Part shown: piece by piece, positions 1 through 8,083 of the stretch
Position numbering within the stretch: the stretch's first letter is position 1
Layout of the letters: each line of letters opens with the position of its first letter
IMG/VR virus record: IMGVR_UViG_3300045988_177154
Span: 32,001-96,000 of that record
Origin: a virus
DNA: 64,000 bases
Strand: one strand, 5' to 3'
Program-made: the position numbers and the translations under genes
Notes under the pieces: model-generated
Database searches by the model: none
What the model was told of the DNA's origin: nothing
The model's input: only the letters and a program-made list of their open reading frames with translations

Positions 1-555
1 AGGTGGGAAAGTTAGCATAGCATCTAATTCAGCAGAAATATCTGCAACTTTTTTAGATTTGTCTAAGTGTGGCCAAGCAGTAGCAATATTACTGAATAAT
101 TCTTTATAGCAATCTTCTAGGGTTTCTTTAACAATAATATTTTCATACTCAAAATTCTTTTTTCGTTTAGGTGGAATATAATAAAGTCCAAGTTGAGCAA
201 ATTTAATAGCATTTTTCTGCAAAATAAAATAAATTATATAAGGAACAACTTCATCAGGTGAGCCATAAATAAATTCGTGGTCAATCTGACACCCATAATA
301 ATTACAAGGCATAACAAAGATTTTTTCGTATGGTTTTAATTTTGAGTAATCCACAATAATAGAATCTTTTTGAATAGTAAGAGTAAATTCACCTTGCAAC
401 AATCTACTTAATTCATTTTCAATTAGTTCTTTTATAACCGGTTGGTTTTGTTCAAAAGATTTTTCATAATATTCTTTTAGTTCAAGTTCTGTTTTAAAAG
501 AGCCTGTAATTAACTCTCTTTGGATAAAATCTTTCCATTTACTTCTATAAGTCAT
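1..555 (-). CDS. hypothetical protein, C-terminal end cut by window edge
   Basis: Minus-strand frame open from ATG 555-553 (GGAG RBS upstream) to position 1. Absent from ORF track because no stop lies in the window. Confidence 0.5.
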   Translation of the reverse strand, partial: MTYRSKWKDFIQRELITGSFKTELELKEYYEKSFEQNQPVIKELIENELSRLLQGEFTLTIQKDSIIVDYSKLKPYEKIFVMPCNYYGCQIDHEFIYGSPDEVVPYIIYFILQKNAIKFAQLGLYYIPPKRKKNFEYENIIVKETLEDCYKELFSNIATAWPHLDKSKKVADISAELDAMLTFPP

Positions 556-567
556 TAACACTCCAAT

Positions 568-855
568 CTACTCTTCAAATTCACGCAAGTAAACAATTTT
601 ACCGCCATTTTTAAGGTCGATACTAATCAAAAACGAATCTTTGCTATAATGAATACTGAATAGATAGCGGTCATCATCTTCTAAAAAGAAAGCATTTGGT
701 AACTCAACTGAAACTTCAGCATTTTTAATTCGTTCCTTTAATGATTGAGCTTCTTTTGAAGTATAATCTTCCAATGCTTTTTTTACTGCATTTACAATAT
801 TATCTTCAGTTGGTTCAACATTAACTCCATTGATTGTCAAAAATTCTCTTGCCAT
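568..855 (-). CDS. hypothetical protein (95 aa)
   Basis: ORF track. First gene behind minus-strand promoter 890-918. Confidence 0.6.
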   Translation of the reverse strand: MAREFLTINGVNVEPTEDNIVNAVKKALEDYTSKEAQSLKERIKNAEVSVELPNAFFLEDDDRYLFSIHYSKDSFLISIDLKNGGKIVYLREFEE

Positions 856-889
856 TGTTTTGTCCTCTTTATTCTTTCTTTATAGTTAT

Positions 890-918
890 ATTGTATAATA
901 AAAAAGATTGCTTGTCAA
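890..918 (-). promoter_or_regulatory. sigma-A type promoter
   Basis: Minus strand reads TTGACA-17-TACAAT. Confidence 0.7.
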
Positions 919-930
919 CAATCTTTTTAA

Positions 931-1374
931 TCATTTTTTAATCTTTTTAAACCTAGCAAAAGCTTTTTGATGTAAATGAAATTCTATATTTTTATAATCA
1001 ATAAGGATATAGTCCATTTCTAAGTTGTATTTGCTTTTCAAATCAAATTTTATTTTATTGTATTTGTCTTGTACAAAGTTTGATTTTTTAACAATAGGAA
1101 GTTTAATCTTTTTAGAGATTAAGAGGAAGCAGAAAATATAAACAATCAGAAATAGAATTAAGCTTGTTTCATAAGAGATTAAATTGAATTGATTTTTTAA
1201 TACTAGTATAGTAATTACAGGTAAATAAAAGAACCATAAAATCAATTTTGGATTATGAGGTTTAAAATATTTACCATTTTCTTCATATTCATCTTGATAG
1301 ACTTTACTAAGTTCCTTTAATTGAAGTTCAATTTCTTCCAATTCTTTATTGTGAATAATATGGTTATCAGTCAT
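931..1374 (-). CDS. small membrane protein, tandem paralog family A (1 of 3)
   Basis: Shares N-terminal NxELEEIExxLKELSxxYQ coiled segment, central hydrophobic helices and the K(L)PIV(S/K)K motif with 1367-1873 and 1870-2292. Confidence 0.7.
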   Translation of the reverse strand: MTDNHIIHNKELEEIELQLKELSKVYQDEYEENGKYFKPHNPKLILWFFYLPVITILVLKNQFNLISYETSLILFLIVYIFCFLLISKKIKLPIVKKSNFVQDKYNKIKFDLKSKYNLEMDYILIDYKNIEFHLHQKAFARFKKIKK

Positions 1375-1873
1375 TTTGGCCTCCTATCTTTTGAGCTCTT
1401 TTTAACATTTTTAATTTTTTCATTGATTTATGGTCATCTTTATTTAAAGAAATTTCTAAATTTTTACTATCAATAATTACATCATCTAAATTCAGATTAT
1501 AATTATTTAATTTAGTTATTAGTAATGATTTATTTTGTTTTAAGAAACTTTTTTTGCTAACAATTGGTAATTTAAAACGAGGTATAATATAACTAGTTGT
1601 AAAATTTACTGAAGCAATAAACAGAGAAATATCCAATATAATTAAAAGAATATTCGTAATTGCTGAAAGTGGTTGCATAAATGCTAACAAATAAAGGAAC
1701 AAGAAAACAAAAACAATAGGATATAAAATAGCTGTAATCACTCTAGTAACAGTCCTCATATATAAATATTTACCATCTTCTTTATATTTTGTTTGAAGCT
1801 CGTTACTTAGTATTTTGAGATAATTTTCAAATTCTTCTAGTTCTTGATTATCAGTAATATAATTCATTTTCAT
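1367..1873 (-). CDS. small membrane protein, paralog family A (2 of 3)
   Basis: Paralog of neighbours. Overlapping start and stop codons indicate translational coupling. Confidence 0.7.
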   Translation of the reverse strand: MKMNYITDNQELEEFENYLKILSNELQTKYKEDGKYLYMRTVTRVITAILYPIVFVFLFLYLLAFMQPLSAITNILLIILDISLFIASVNFTTSYIIPRFKLPIVSKKSFLKQNKSLLITKLNNYNLNLDDVIIDSKNLEISLNKDDHKSMKKLKMLKRAQKIGGQND

Positions 1874-2292
1874 TTCTTTCTAAGTCTTGATAAAGCTTTT
1901 TGATTAAGAGTAAACTCAATTTTATCATAATCAATAGAAATGTACTGAATATCTAAATTGTAGTTACTCTTTAAGTCAAACTTAAATTTAGGATAAATCT
2001 TCTTTACATAGCTCTTTTTACTAACAATTGGCAATTTTAGATTCTTCCCAAATGTTAGAACAAATGAAACTATTAAACCATAAATTGCTACACAAATAAG
2101 TCGCCCTAAATCATCAAGCTTGATAAATATTACTAAAGTCAAAATGAAATTAAGATAAAGAATTGTAGCTTGTGCTGTTTCAGACTTAATATACTTGCCT
2201 CTTTCAGCATAATCTTGTTGATACTTCTCAGTTAATTCTTTTAACTCATTTTCTATTTCTTTTAGTTCTTCATTGTAAGAAATGTAGTTCAT
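1870..2292 (-). CDS. small membrane protein, paralog family A (3 of 3)
   Basis: Paralog of neighbours. Sits behind promoter 2329-2357. Confidence 0.7.
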   Translation of the reverse strand: MNYISYNEELKEIENELKELTEKYQQDYAERGKYIKSETAQATILYLNFILTLVIFIKLDDLGRLICVAIYGLIVSFVLTFGKNLKLPIVSKKSYVKKIYPKFKFDLKSNYNLDIQYISIDYDKIEFTLNQKALSRLRKK

Positions 2293-2328
2293 TCTAATTC
2301 CCCTTTAGTAATATATTCTTTAAGTTAT

Positions 2329-2357
2329 ATTATATAATAAAAAAGATTGTCCGTCAA
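2329..2357 (-). promoter_or_regulatory. sigma-A type promoter
   Basis: Minus strand reads TTGACG-17-TATAAT. Confidence 0.7.
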
Positions 2358-2372
2358 CAATCTTTTTATTGT

Positions 2373-2633
2373 TTAATATTCCCAATAAAGTTTATTAGCA
2401 GATTTAGCAATAAACCAACCAACAAGAAGCAATACAATCAAACTAAAGATGAATGATTTATTTTGTTCACCCATGTACCAAATAAATGTTACAAGTGCAA
2501 TTACTGCATCAAGCAATGAATGAGCAATAGTGTGGCCCCAATTCTTTTCATGAGTTTGAATCCAGTAAATTTTAAATCCAGTATATCCAATGGCAATAGC
2601 CATGGCTGATGTTGAAATAATAAATGTTAGCAT
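2373..2633 (-). CDS. small hydrophobic membrane protein (86 aa)
   Basis: ORF track. Translation is almost entirely hydrophobic helices. Confidence 0.6.
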   Translation of the reverse strand: MLTFIISTSAMAIAIGYTGFKIYWIQTHEKNWGHTIAHSLLDAVIALVTFIWYMGEQNKSFIFSLIVLLLVGWFIAKSANKLYWEY

Positions 2634-2649
2634 GTTTTATCTCTCCTTT

Positions 2650-2790
2650 TTAGTTCCAAGTAAGAAGTTCCCAGCCGAATGTTTTAGCAATTTCGTGAGC
2701 TCGTTCTTCAGCATGGAATGGCCCATTAGCTTGGAAGCCGTAAGTTGTTACAGTACCGATTTCAGTTTTAAAAGTTCCTATATATTTCAT
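2650..2790 (-). CDS. small hypothetical protein (46 aa)
   Basis: Hand-translated MKYIGTFKTEIGTVTTYGFQANGPFHAEERAHEIAKTFGWELLTWN. GAGGAA RBS 6 nt upstream. Below the ORF-track length cut-off. Confidence 0.5.
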   Translation of the reverse strand: MKYIGTFKTEIGTVTTYGFQANGPFHAEERAHEIAKTFGWELLTWN

Positions 2791-2821
2791 TTTGTTTTCC
2801 TCATTTCTTAATTTCTATATT

Positions 2822-2850
2822 CATTATACAATACAAATTATTCTTTGTCA
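2822..2850 (-). promoter_or_regulatory. sigma-A type promoter
   Basis: Minus strand reads TTGACA-17-TATAAT. Confidence 0.75.
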
Positions 2851-2881
2851 ACACTTTTTTGAAAAAATTTTAAAAAAGTTT

Positions 2882-3499
2882 TTAAGCAGTTAATTCTTTG
2901 ATTTCATAACCAACATGAGTAAGACTTCCACGGTAATATACTCCTTGCTGATTGTTCTTAACTGAGGCACTGGCGTAATAAGATTTACCTGAAGCAAAAA
3001 TAAATTCTTCGTTGTTATCACCTTTATAAATTTTATAAGGTTTGTACAATTTCATTGTACGTTTTGTGAATTTTTTGCTAGCAGGTGTTTTACCAGATGA
3101 ACTAATATTCAATTCATAAAGTTTCATTTCAAAGTCATAAGAGCCATCATTAAAATTCTTTCCTTGTACTGATAAAGCATAATGAACAAGCTCATGCTTC
3201 AAAGTATCGTAAACTTCTTCTAAATCTCCAACAATAAGAGCCGCTGTAAGATGAGTCTTGGATAATTCAATACTAATAGGCATAAACTCTCCAAAATACA
3301 TTCTTGACATATAGCGACCTAATGTACTACTTAAACGGCCATTCATTTTGATAGGAATTTCAAGTCGCATATTAAAGTTTTCCATTAAGAATTTATTAGC
3401 AAAAGCTTTTGCTTCTTTTAGGAATGCTGAAAATTCTTTTGCTTTTTCGATTTTAAGTTTTTCATATTCTCTAATTGATAGTTTTACTGTCTTTACCAT
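2882..3499 (-). CDS. SprT-like zinc metalloprotease
   Basis: KHELVHYAL (HExxH) followed by GKNFNDGSYDFE, as in Firmicutes SprT-like proteins. Start moved to MVKTVKL, which has an AAGGGGGA RBS and avoids overlap with 3513-3731. Confidence 0.7.
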   Translation of the reverse strand: MVKTVKLSIREYEKLKIEKAKEFSAFLKEAKAFANKFLMENFNMRLEIPIKMNGRLSSTLGRYMSRMYFGEFMPISIELSKTHLTAALIVGDLEEVYDTLKHELVHYALSVQGKNFNDGSYDFEMKLYELNISSSGKTPASKKFTKRTMKLYKPYKIYKGDNNEEFIFASGKSYYASASVKNNQQGVYYRGSLTHVGYEIKELTA

Positions 3500-3512
3500 A
3501 ATTTTATCCCCC

Positions 3513-3731
3513 TTATTTAACTTGATTGAATCGTGTAACCATTTCTTTCGTAACAACAACTGAAGTAGAAAGTGGATTAGCTTGATTTACAGGTTTAAAT
3601 TCCATAACAATTGGTTCATTCAAGAATGATTCAATATAGTAGCGAATAGCTTTCATTTGTTTTGAAGTAATTTTCTTGTAATCTGTAAATAGAGTAATTG
3701 TATTACCACTTTTTGTTGCAAGTTCAAACAT
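3513..3731 (-). CDS. hypothetical protein (72 aa)
   Basis: ORF track. Behind promoter 3775-3803. Confidence 0.55.
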   Translation of the reverse strand: MFELATKSGNTITLFTDYKKITSKQMKAIRYYIESFLNEPIVMEFKPVNQANPLSTSVVVTKEMVTRFNQVK

Positions 3732-3774
3732 AGTTAAATCCTCGTTTTCATTTCTTTCATTTCTTTATAGTTAT

Positions 3775-3803
3775 ATGATACAACAAAAAATATCTTTTGT
3801 CAA
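3775..3803 (-). promoter_or_regulatory. sigma-A type promoter
   Basis: Minus strand reads TTGACA-17-TATCAT. Confidence 0.65.
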
Positions 3804-3841
3804 CAATTAAATACAAAAAAGAACTATTTTTAAATAGTTCT

Positions 3842-4219
3842 TTAAGAATGGAGTAAAACTTGTATAGAGATTGAATATTGATAATGGCGGCTGCCATCTA
3901 AAGGTTGGAATATTCTATGTGATTCAATTTGAAATAATGATTCAGATTTAGATATAGCAAGCTCATAAATGATAGTATCAATATTGGAGCGCTCTTTTGA
4001 AGTTTCATTGTATGAAGAATAACTTAAAATATCTTTTTCTTTTAATTTCTCTAATGCAGATTTAGTTTTATGAATTATAAGAGAGTCAGTATTTAATTGG
4101 GAGATTTGATTTAACAAAAAGTTATAAAGCTTGTCATTAGCTTCTGTTTCTAATGGAGTAGAGAAAGTATTATAAGTATCACAGTGATTTACGCTAGTAA
4201 TTGAAATAAGGGATTTCAT
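3842..4219 (-). CDS. hypothetical protein, paralog family B (1 of 2)
   Basis: Alignable with 4244-4639 (SI(T/V)(S/N)VNH..., KE(K/Q)DILSYSSY, ELAISKSE/ELTISKSE). Confidence 0.65.
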   Translation of the reverse strand: MKSLISITSVNHCDTYNTFSTPLETEANDKLYNFLLNQISQLNTDSLIIHKTKSALEKLKEKDILSYSSYNETSKERSNIDTIIYELAISKSESLFQIESHRIFQPLDGSRHYQYSISIQVLLHS

Positions 4220-4243
4220 ATTTATTCCTTTCTATGAGTTGTT

Positions 4244-4639
4244 TTACATATTGAGTAAAACTTGTACCGAGATGGAATGAGTATAACTCCGACTATCTAC
4301 TAGGAAAGGATTTCCACTTTTTCGATTAAAAAGTCTATGTAATTCAATTCGAAGTAAAGTTTCAGATTTACTAATAGTTAGTTCATGAACTACATCATTA
4401 TCATTAGAGTATTCTGTTGAAGCTTCCTTATATGAGCTATAACTCAAAATATCTTGTTCTTTTAAGCTTTCTAGGATAGATTGAAATTTATGAGTCATAT
4501 TAGGGGTAGTATTTAACTTAACAATTTGTTTAGTGAGGAAGTTGAAGATGTAATCGTTAGTGTTTGCTTCTCCCTCATATGCAAAATGGTCGCAAGAATC
4601 ATTGTGGTTTACATTAACAATTGAGATAAAGAATTTCAT
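4244..4639 (-). CDS. hypothetical protein, paralog family B (2 of 2)
   Basis: Paralog of 3842-4219. Confidence 0.65.
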   Translation of the reverse strand: MKFFISIVNVNHNDSCDHFAYEGEANTNDYIFNFLTKQIVKLNTTPNMTHKFQSILESLKEQDILSYSSYKEASTEYSNDNDVVHELTISKSETLLRIELHRLFNRKSGNPFLVDSRSYTHSISVQVLLNM

Positions 4640-4655
4640 ATTTAGCCCTTTCTAT

Positions 4656-4768
4656 AAGCTGTTTTAAGCTGTTTTTTCATAGAGTTGATGGTTTTATCGA
4701 AAAACAGTTCAAACTGTTTTAGCGATTAACTAGTGACGATATAACGACATTCAAAATCAGTTCTAGCG
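4656..4768 (+). repeat. dispersed intergenic repeat, copy A (partial left half)
   Basis: ...TATCGAAAAACAGTTCAAACTGTTTTAGCGATTAACTAGTGACGATATAACGACATTCAAAATCAGTTCTAGCG. Confidence 0.75.
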
Positions 4769-5083
4769 TTTGAATCCATTCTGTTTATATTGTTGATTGA
4801 TAAGCATAATAATTCGCTCTGATTTTTCAGACATTCGGTTCCAAACTGTATTTGGTACCAGGTCAAATAGAATAGTAACTGATGGAGCTAAGCTTTCCTT
4901 GTGATTCCAAACGAAATCATTCAAAAATTGAGCATAATCATGAATGAATTGCCAGCGTTTTTGGAAAAGTGATTTCTTTTCTTCTTCATTTTCACAATTA
5001 ACAGCTTGTTGAGTGAGTTGTTCAAATTTCTTATTATGGTTGGTAAGAGCAATTTCTAATTCATTTCTAAGGTCTTGTGTCAT
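4763..5083 (-). CDS. hypothetical protein (106 aa)
   Basis: ORF track. Its 3' end overlaps dispersed repeat copy A. Confidence 0.55.
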   Translation of the reverse strand: MTQDLRNELEIALTNHNKKFEQLTQQAVNCENEEEKKSLFQKRWQFIHDYAQFLNDFVWNHKESLAPSVTILFDLVPNTVWNRMSEKSERIIMLINQQYKQNGFKR

Positions 5084-5110
5084 AGTTATTCTCCTTTGCT
5101 TTATTAAAAT

Positions 5111-5317
5111 TTATTCAAGTTCTAGGTAAAAATCATTGTACCAGTCTGAATCGTATTTAATCCTATTTGTTTCAAAAGAATATTGAGATACTGCAGTTGA
5201 ATCACATAGAATATATTCAGTATTGTTAATAACTTTCAAAGTGTCTTTATCATCTATTTCAAAATATTCTGATGGCAACCAAACACTTTTCACTTTTAAA
5301 TTGTTAGTTAAATTCAT
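5111..5317 (-). CDS. hypothetical protein (68 aa)
   Basis: ORF track. Behind promoter 5366-5394. Confidence 0.55.
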   Translation of the reverse strand: MNLTNNLKVKSVWLPSEYFEIDDKDTLKVINNTEYILCDSTAVSQYSFETNRIKYDSDWYNDFYLELE

Positions 5318-5365
5318 TTTGAATATTCCTTTTTATCATATTTCTTTATTTCTTTTTATAGTATT

Positions 5366-5394
5366 ATTGTACGATAACATTTCTAATTTGTCAA
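5366..5394 (-). promoter_or_regulatory. sigma-A type promoter
   Basis: Minus strand reads TTGACA-17-TACAAT. Confidence 0.7.
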
Positions 5395-5444
5395 CAGAAA
5401 AATAAAACTTTTTTGAAAAATTAAAAAAAAGAGAAACTGCTAAA

Positions 5445-6236
5445 TTAAGCAGCTTCTTCTGAATGGTATTTCTTTTTATAAAGTTCTAATGCTTCTTCAT
5501 TTTCTTTATCTGTCTTGATTGGTGGAATGACTAAATTAAGAGTATCTTCAATACCATTTTCAGTTTTGTTTCTATCTATTCCTAAGCTATAAATATTTAC
5601 TACTCCAGCATTGTTGGAACGTATATTTAATTCAGAAATTTTCCTTTCAAAATCTGAATCACCATCATTGAATTTTTTGTTTTGATACCAAAGCGCATAA
5701 TGTACAAGTTCATGCTCAAAAATCGGTTGAACTATTCCAAAATCATTAAATTTTACCATAGCATATAGGAAAGGTTCGCTTATTAAGATTTGAGTAGCAT
5801 TTCTTTCTTCAAATAGGATTTTTTGATTTGGAGTCATATTAAGAAAAGAACCTGCTGAATAATTATTATATTCTGCTAAAAGGATTTTACTATTCCATTC
5901 AACACCAGGGAAATTCTTCTTTAGAAATTCTATGGCAAATGAATTGAGCTTGAGTTTTATTTCTTCCCATTTTTCTTTTGTTAGTAGTTCTTCATCTACT
6001 TTGTAAGAAGTAATCTTTTCAACTTTAAATTTTGCTTGTGATAATGATGGCTCAGAAATTGGAGAGGGGCTTACTAATTGATAATTTTTAGAATTATCAT
6101 CGAGAATGAAACTGATAACAAGGTATAAATAGCAAAGAAGAATTATAACAAATCCTACAGTTATGTCTTGAGCATTGCCACTGCTCATTAGATACATTGC
6201 TAAGAAATTTAGCAAAATCAATATAAGTTTTTTCAT
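5445..6236 (-). CDS. membrane-anchored SprT-like zinc metalloprotease
   Basis: N-terminal hydrophobic helices. EHELVHYALWYQNKKFNDGDSDFE is the same motif block as in 2882-3499. Confidence 0.65.
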   Translation of the reverse strand: MKKLILILLNFLAMYLMSSGNAQDITVGFVIILLCYLYLVISFILDDNSKNYQLVSPSPISEPSLSQAKFKVEKITSYKVDEELLTKEKWEEIKLKLNSFAIEFLKKNFPGVEWNSKILLAEYNNYSAGSFLNMTPNQKILFEERNATQILISEPFLYAMVKFNDFGIVQPIFEHELVHYALWYQNKKFNDGDSDFERKISELNIRSNNAGVVNIYSLGIDRNKTENGIEDTLNLVIPPIKTDKENEEALELYKKKYHSEEAA

Positions 6237-6257
6237 TTTATATTTAAGTAATCCTTT

Positions 6258-6752
6258 CTATCTTTTTACAATGTAATAGTTTTTCACACTCTTAAAATAA
6301 AAATATTCTTTTAAGAAAGTAAAAACAATATATTCAAAGAAATTTCTTTTTTCTTTATTTTGCAATTTGTAATATTTTTCTATAAACTTTGGATTTAGAG
6401 TTGTATTATTGAAGTGATAACTTCGCCAAGGAAAAATAAGTGTGATGTTTTCTGATTTAGAAATAGAATTAGAATCATTAGTAATATTCTCTACTTTATA
6501 TTCAGAAGTTCCTCTATCAGAAGCATTTGCCATAACAATCATTGGTAAACTTACTAATAAATTTAAAATGAATATGCTCATTCCCAATATAAACACAATT
6601 TCAGAATTAAGATTTACAGTCATTAGAGTAGCTAATAAAAGAATAGCATTAACCAAGATTTGAAAATTAGTATTGTCTTTATTAGGAGAGCTTAAAAATA
6701 AACTCCAATCTAATATAACCCATAGAATATTTAATAACAAAAACATTAGCAA
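6258..6752 (-). CDS. membrane protein, paralog family C (1 of 2)
   Basis: Shares FPW..Y.F...TLN.KFI.KYY.LQNK...F.E(F/Y)(L/I)(I/V)FTFLKEYFYFKSV with 6746-7243. Confidence 0.65.
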   Translation of the reverse strand: MLMFLLLNILWVILDWSLFLSSPNKDNTNFQILVNAILLLATLMTVNLNSEIVFILGMSIFILNLLVSLPMIVMANASDRGTSEYKVENITNDSNSISKSENITLIFPWRSYHFNNTTLNPKFIEKYYKLQNKEKRNFFEYIVFTFLKEYFYFKSVKNYYIVKR

Positions 6753-7243
6753 TCCTTTCTATGTTTTTCTCTTTTGATAAGATGAAAACTATGAACACTC
6801 TTAAAATAGAAGTATTCCTTTAAGAAAGTAAAAATTAAAAATTCAGAAAAGCTTCTGCTCTTGTTTTGTAATTCATAATATTTAATAATGAATTTTTGAT
6901 TAAGAGTAACTTTTGAAAAATCATATTTACCCCAAGGAAAATTAAGTACAATATATGGCTCGGAAATGAAATTAAATTTATTATCTATCTTATAAGAAAC
7001 TGACTCTTGAGAATCAGAACTCACACCAATAAAAAGCCAAAGAAGAATATTACAGCCAAATAAAATTTGAAACCAAGCAGTGCTTAGATAAGCTGGATTA
7101 TAAGTAGCTTCTACTATGTTATCTACAACTATAACAATTGATGGTAACATGAATTGAAAAGATGTAATACCTTTGTTAGGCGATTTCACCAAGAAAAGAA
7201 GTAAAACAAAGGCTAATATATTAAGTGTTATAATCATTAACAA
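6746..7243 (-). CDS. membrane protein, paralog family C (2 of 2)
   Basis: Paralog of 6258-6752. The two genes overlap by 7 nt. Confidence 0.65.
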   Translation of the reverse strand: MLMIITLNILAFVLLLFLVKSPNKGITSFQFMLPSIVIVVDNIVEATYNPAYLSTAWFQILFGCNILLWLFIGVSSDSQESVSYKIDNKFNFISEPYIVLNFPWGKYDFSKVTLNQKFIIKYYELQNKSRSFSEFLIFTFLKEYFYFKSVHSFHLIKREKHRKDC

Positions 7244-7249
7244 ACCTTT

Positions 7250-7861
7250 CTAATCGTTCAAATACCAAGCTGCACAATACAACGCATCTTTTTTAAGTGT
7301 TACTAAATCTTTCCACTTTTCTTCAACTTCTGCTGTTTTGAAACGCTCTTCCAAAATAACTGCATAATAGTTAGGAGTAGTTCGCACTTCTACTTTAAAT
7401 TCACCTAACTTCTTGTTTACTTTCTTTGTTTCTTCATGTGCTAATGCCAAATCAGAAATAAATTCTTTTAATTTCTCAGCATTACTATCAAAGTCATAAA
7501 AATATTTACTTTCCAAAGCATGCTCAGGTTGAGCTGCAATCATAGCAATTCGTGAATCAAGACTACCTAAGTTCAAATCTTGATGGTCTAACAAGTAGTG
7601 CATAAGACTATGTTGAACTGTTTTATGGTTGCGTTTGTTCAATGAAACATACATACGGCTAAATTCATTCTTTTTGCCTTGTTTAGCCCAAGCTTCAAAA
7701 ATAGGAACTAATTCTTCATCAGTCATTGTACTAATAAATGAAGTCTTACGACTTGAAAAATCTTCAACTTCAATATTATCTTTTGGTCGTGATACAAAAG
7801 ATATTACTCTCAAGTCAGTTTTTTCTTCAGCTGTTTTATACCATTTGTTTAAGTTACTCAT
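7250..7861 (-). CDS. hypothetical protein, paralog family D (possible small AEP/Prim-Pol-like fold)
   Basis: Paralog of 25826-26392. Shared blocks are Y(V/M)(S/K)(L/I)N.R, (Y/L)F(Y/F)DFD and E(V)(R/H)(T/K)TPN. Start moved to MSNLNKW (AGAGGA RBS). Confidence 0.6.
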   Translation of the reverse strand: MSNLNKWYKTAEEKTDLRVISFVSRPKDNIEVEDFSSRKTSFISTMTDEELVPIFEAWAKQGKKNEFSRMYVSLNKRNHKTVQHSLMHYLLDHQDLNLGSLDSRIAMIAAQPEHALESKYFYDFDSNAEKLKEFISDLALAHEETKKVNKKLGEFKVEVRTTPNYYAVILEERFKTAEVEEKWKDLVTLKKDALYCAAWYLND

Positions 7862-7893
7862 TGTTAAATCCTCTTTCATTTCTTTATAGTTAT

Positions 7894-7922
7894 ATAATAC
7901 AATAAAGAATTTATTTTGTCAA
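7894..7922 (-). promoter_or_regulatory. sigma-A type promoter
   Basis: Minus strand reads TTGACA-17-TATTAT. Confidence 0.65.
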
Positions 7923-8083
7923 TATTAAAATAAAAAAGAAAGAGAAATTTTCTCTTTCTAGTAGATTTAAACCGAACCTAGCTCAATTTAAGATACCTGA
8001 CTGCGAATCATAGCTATTGTATCAAAAAGAGCTTTCAAAGTCAAGATTTACTTGTGATATACAAATTAAAAAGGAGTAAGTTA

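Noticed and set aside
2590-2811. 73-aa plus-strand ORF. The same reasoning applies to the other antisense or alternative-frame ORFs in the track: 3348-3563, 5223-5405, 6442-6663, 7629-7889, 9059-9328, 9183-9365, 10493-10753, 11923-12153, 14024-14206, 14861-15049, 16752-16937, 20286-20477, 22820-23002, 23401-23628, 26008-26226, 29257-29460, 29770-29973, 30237-30506, 30456-30749, 30933-31121, 31857-32120, 34384-34593, 37880-38101, 39394-39597, 40372-40602, 41078-41344, 43243-43434, 48364-48549, 51487-51675, 51846-52052, 53787-53990, 54080-54295, 54735-54923, 55366-55569, 58331-58558, 58890-59141 and 61488-61721.
   Set aside because: Each lies within or antisense to a longer ORF that fits the operon structure (RBS, promoter, terminator, paralogy or motifs). 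None has its own RBS, and the translations are low-complexity. At 2590-2811 a better 46-aa minus-strand gene with a GAGGAA RBS occupies the locus.
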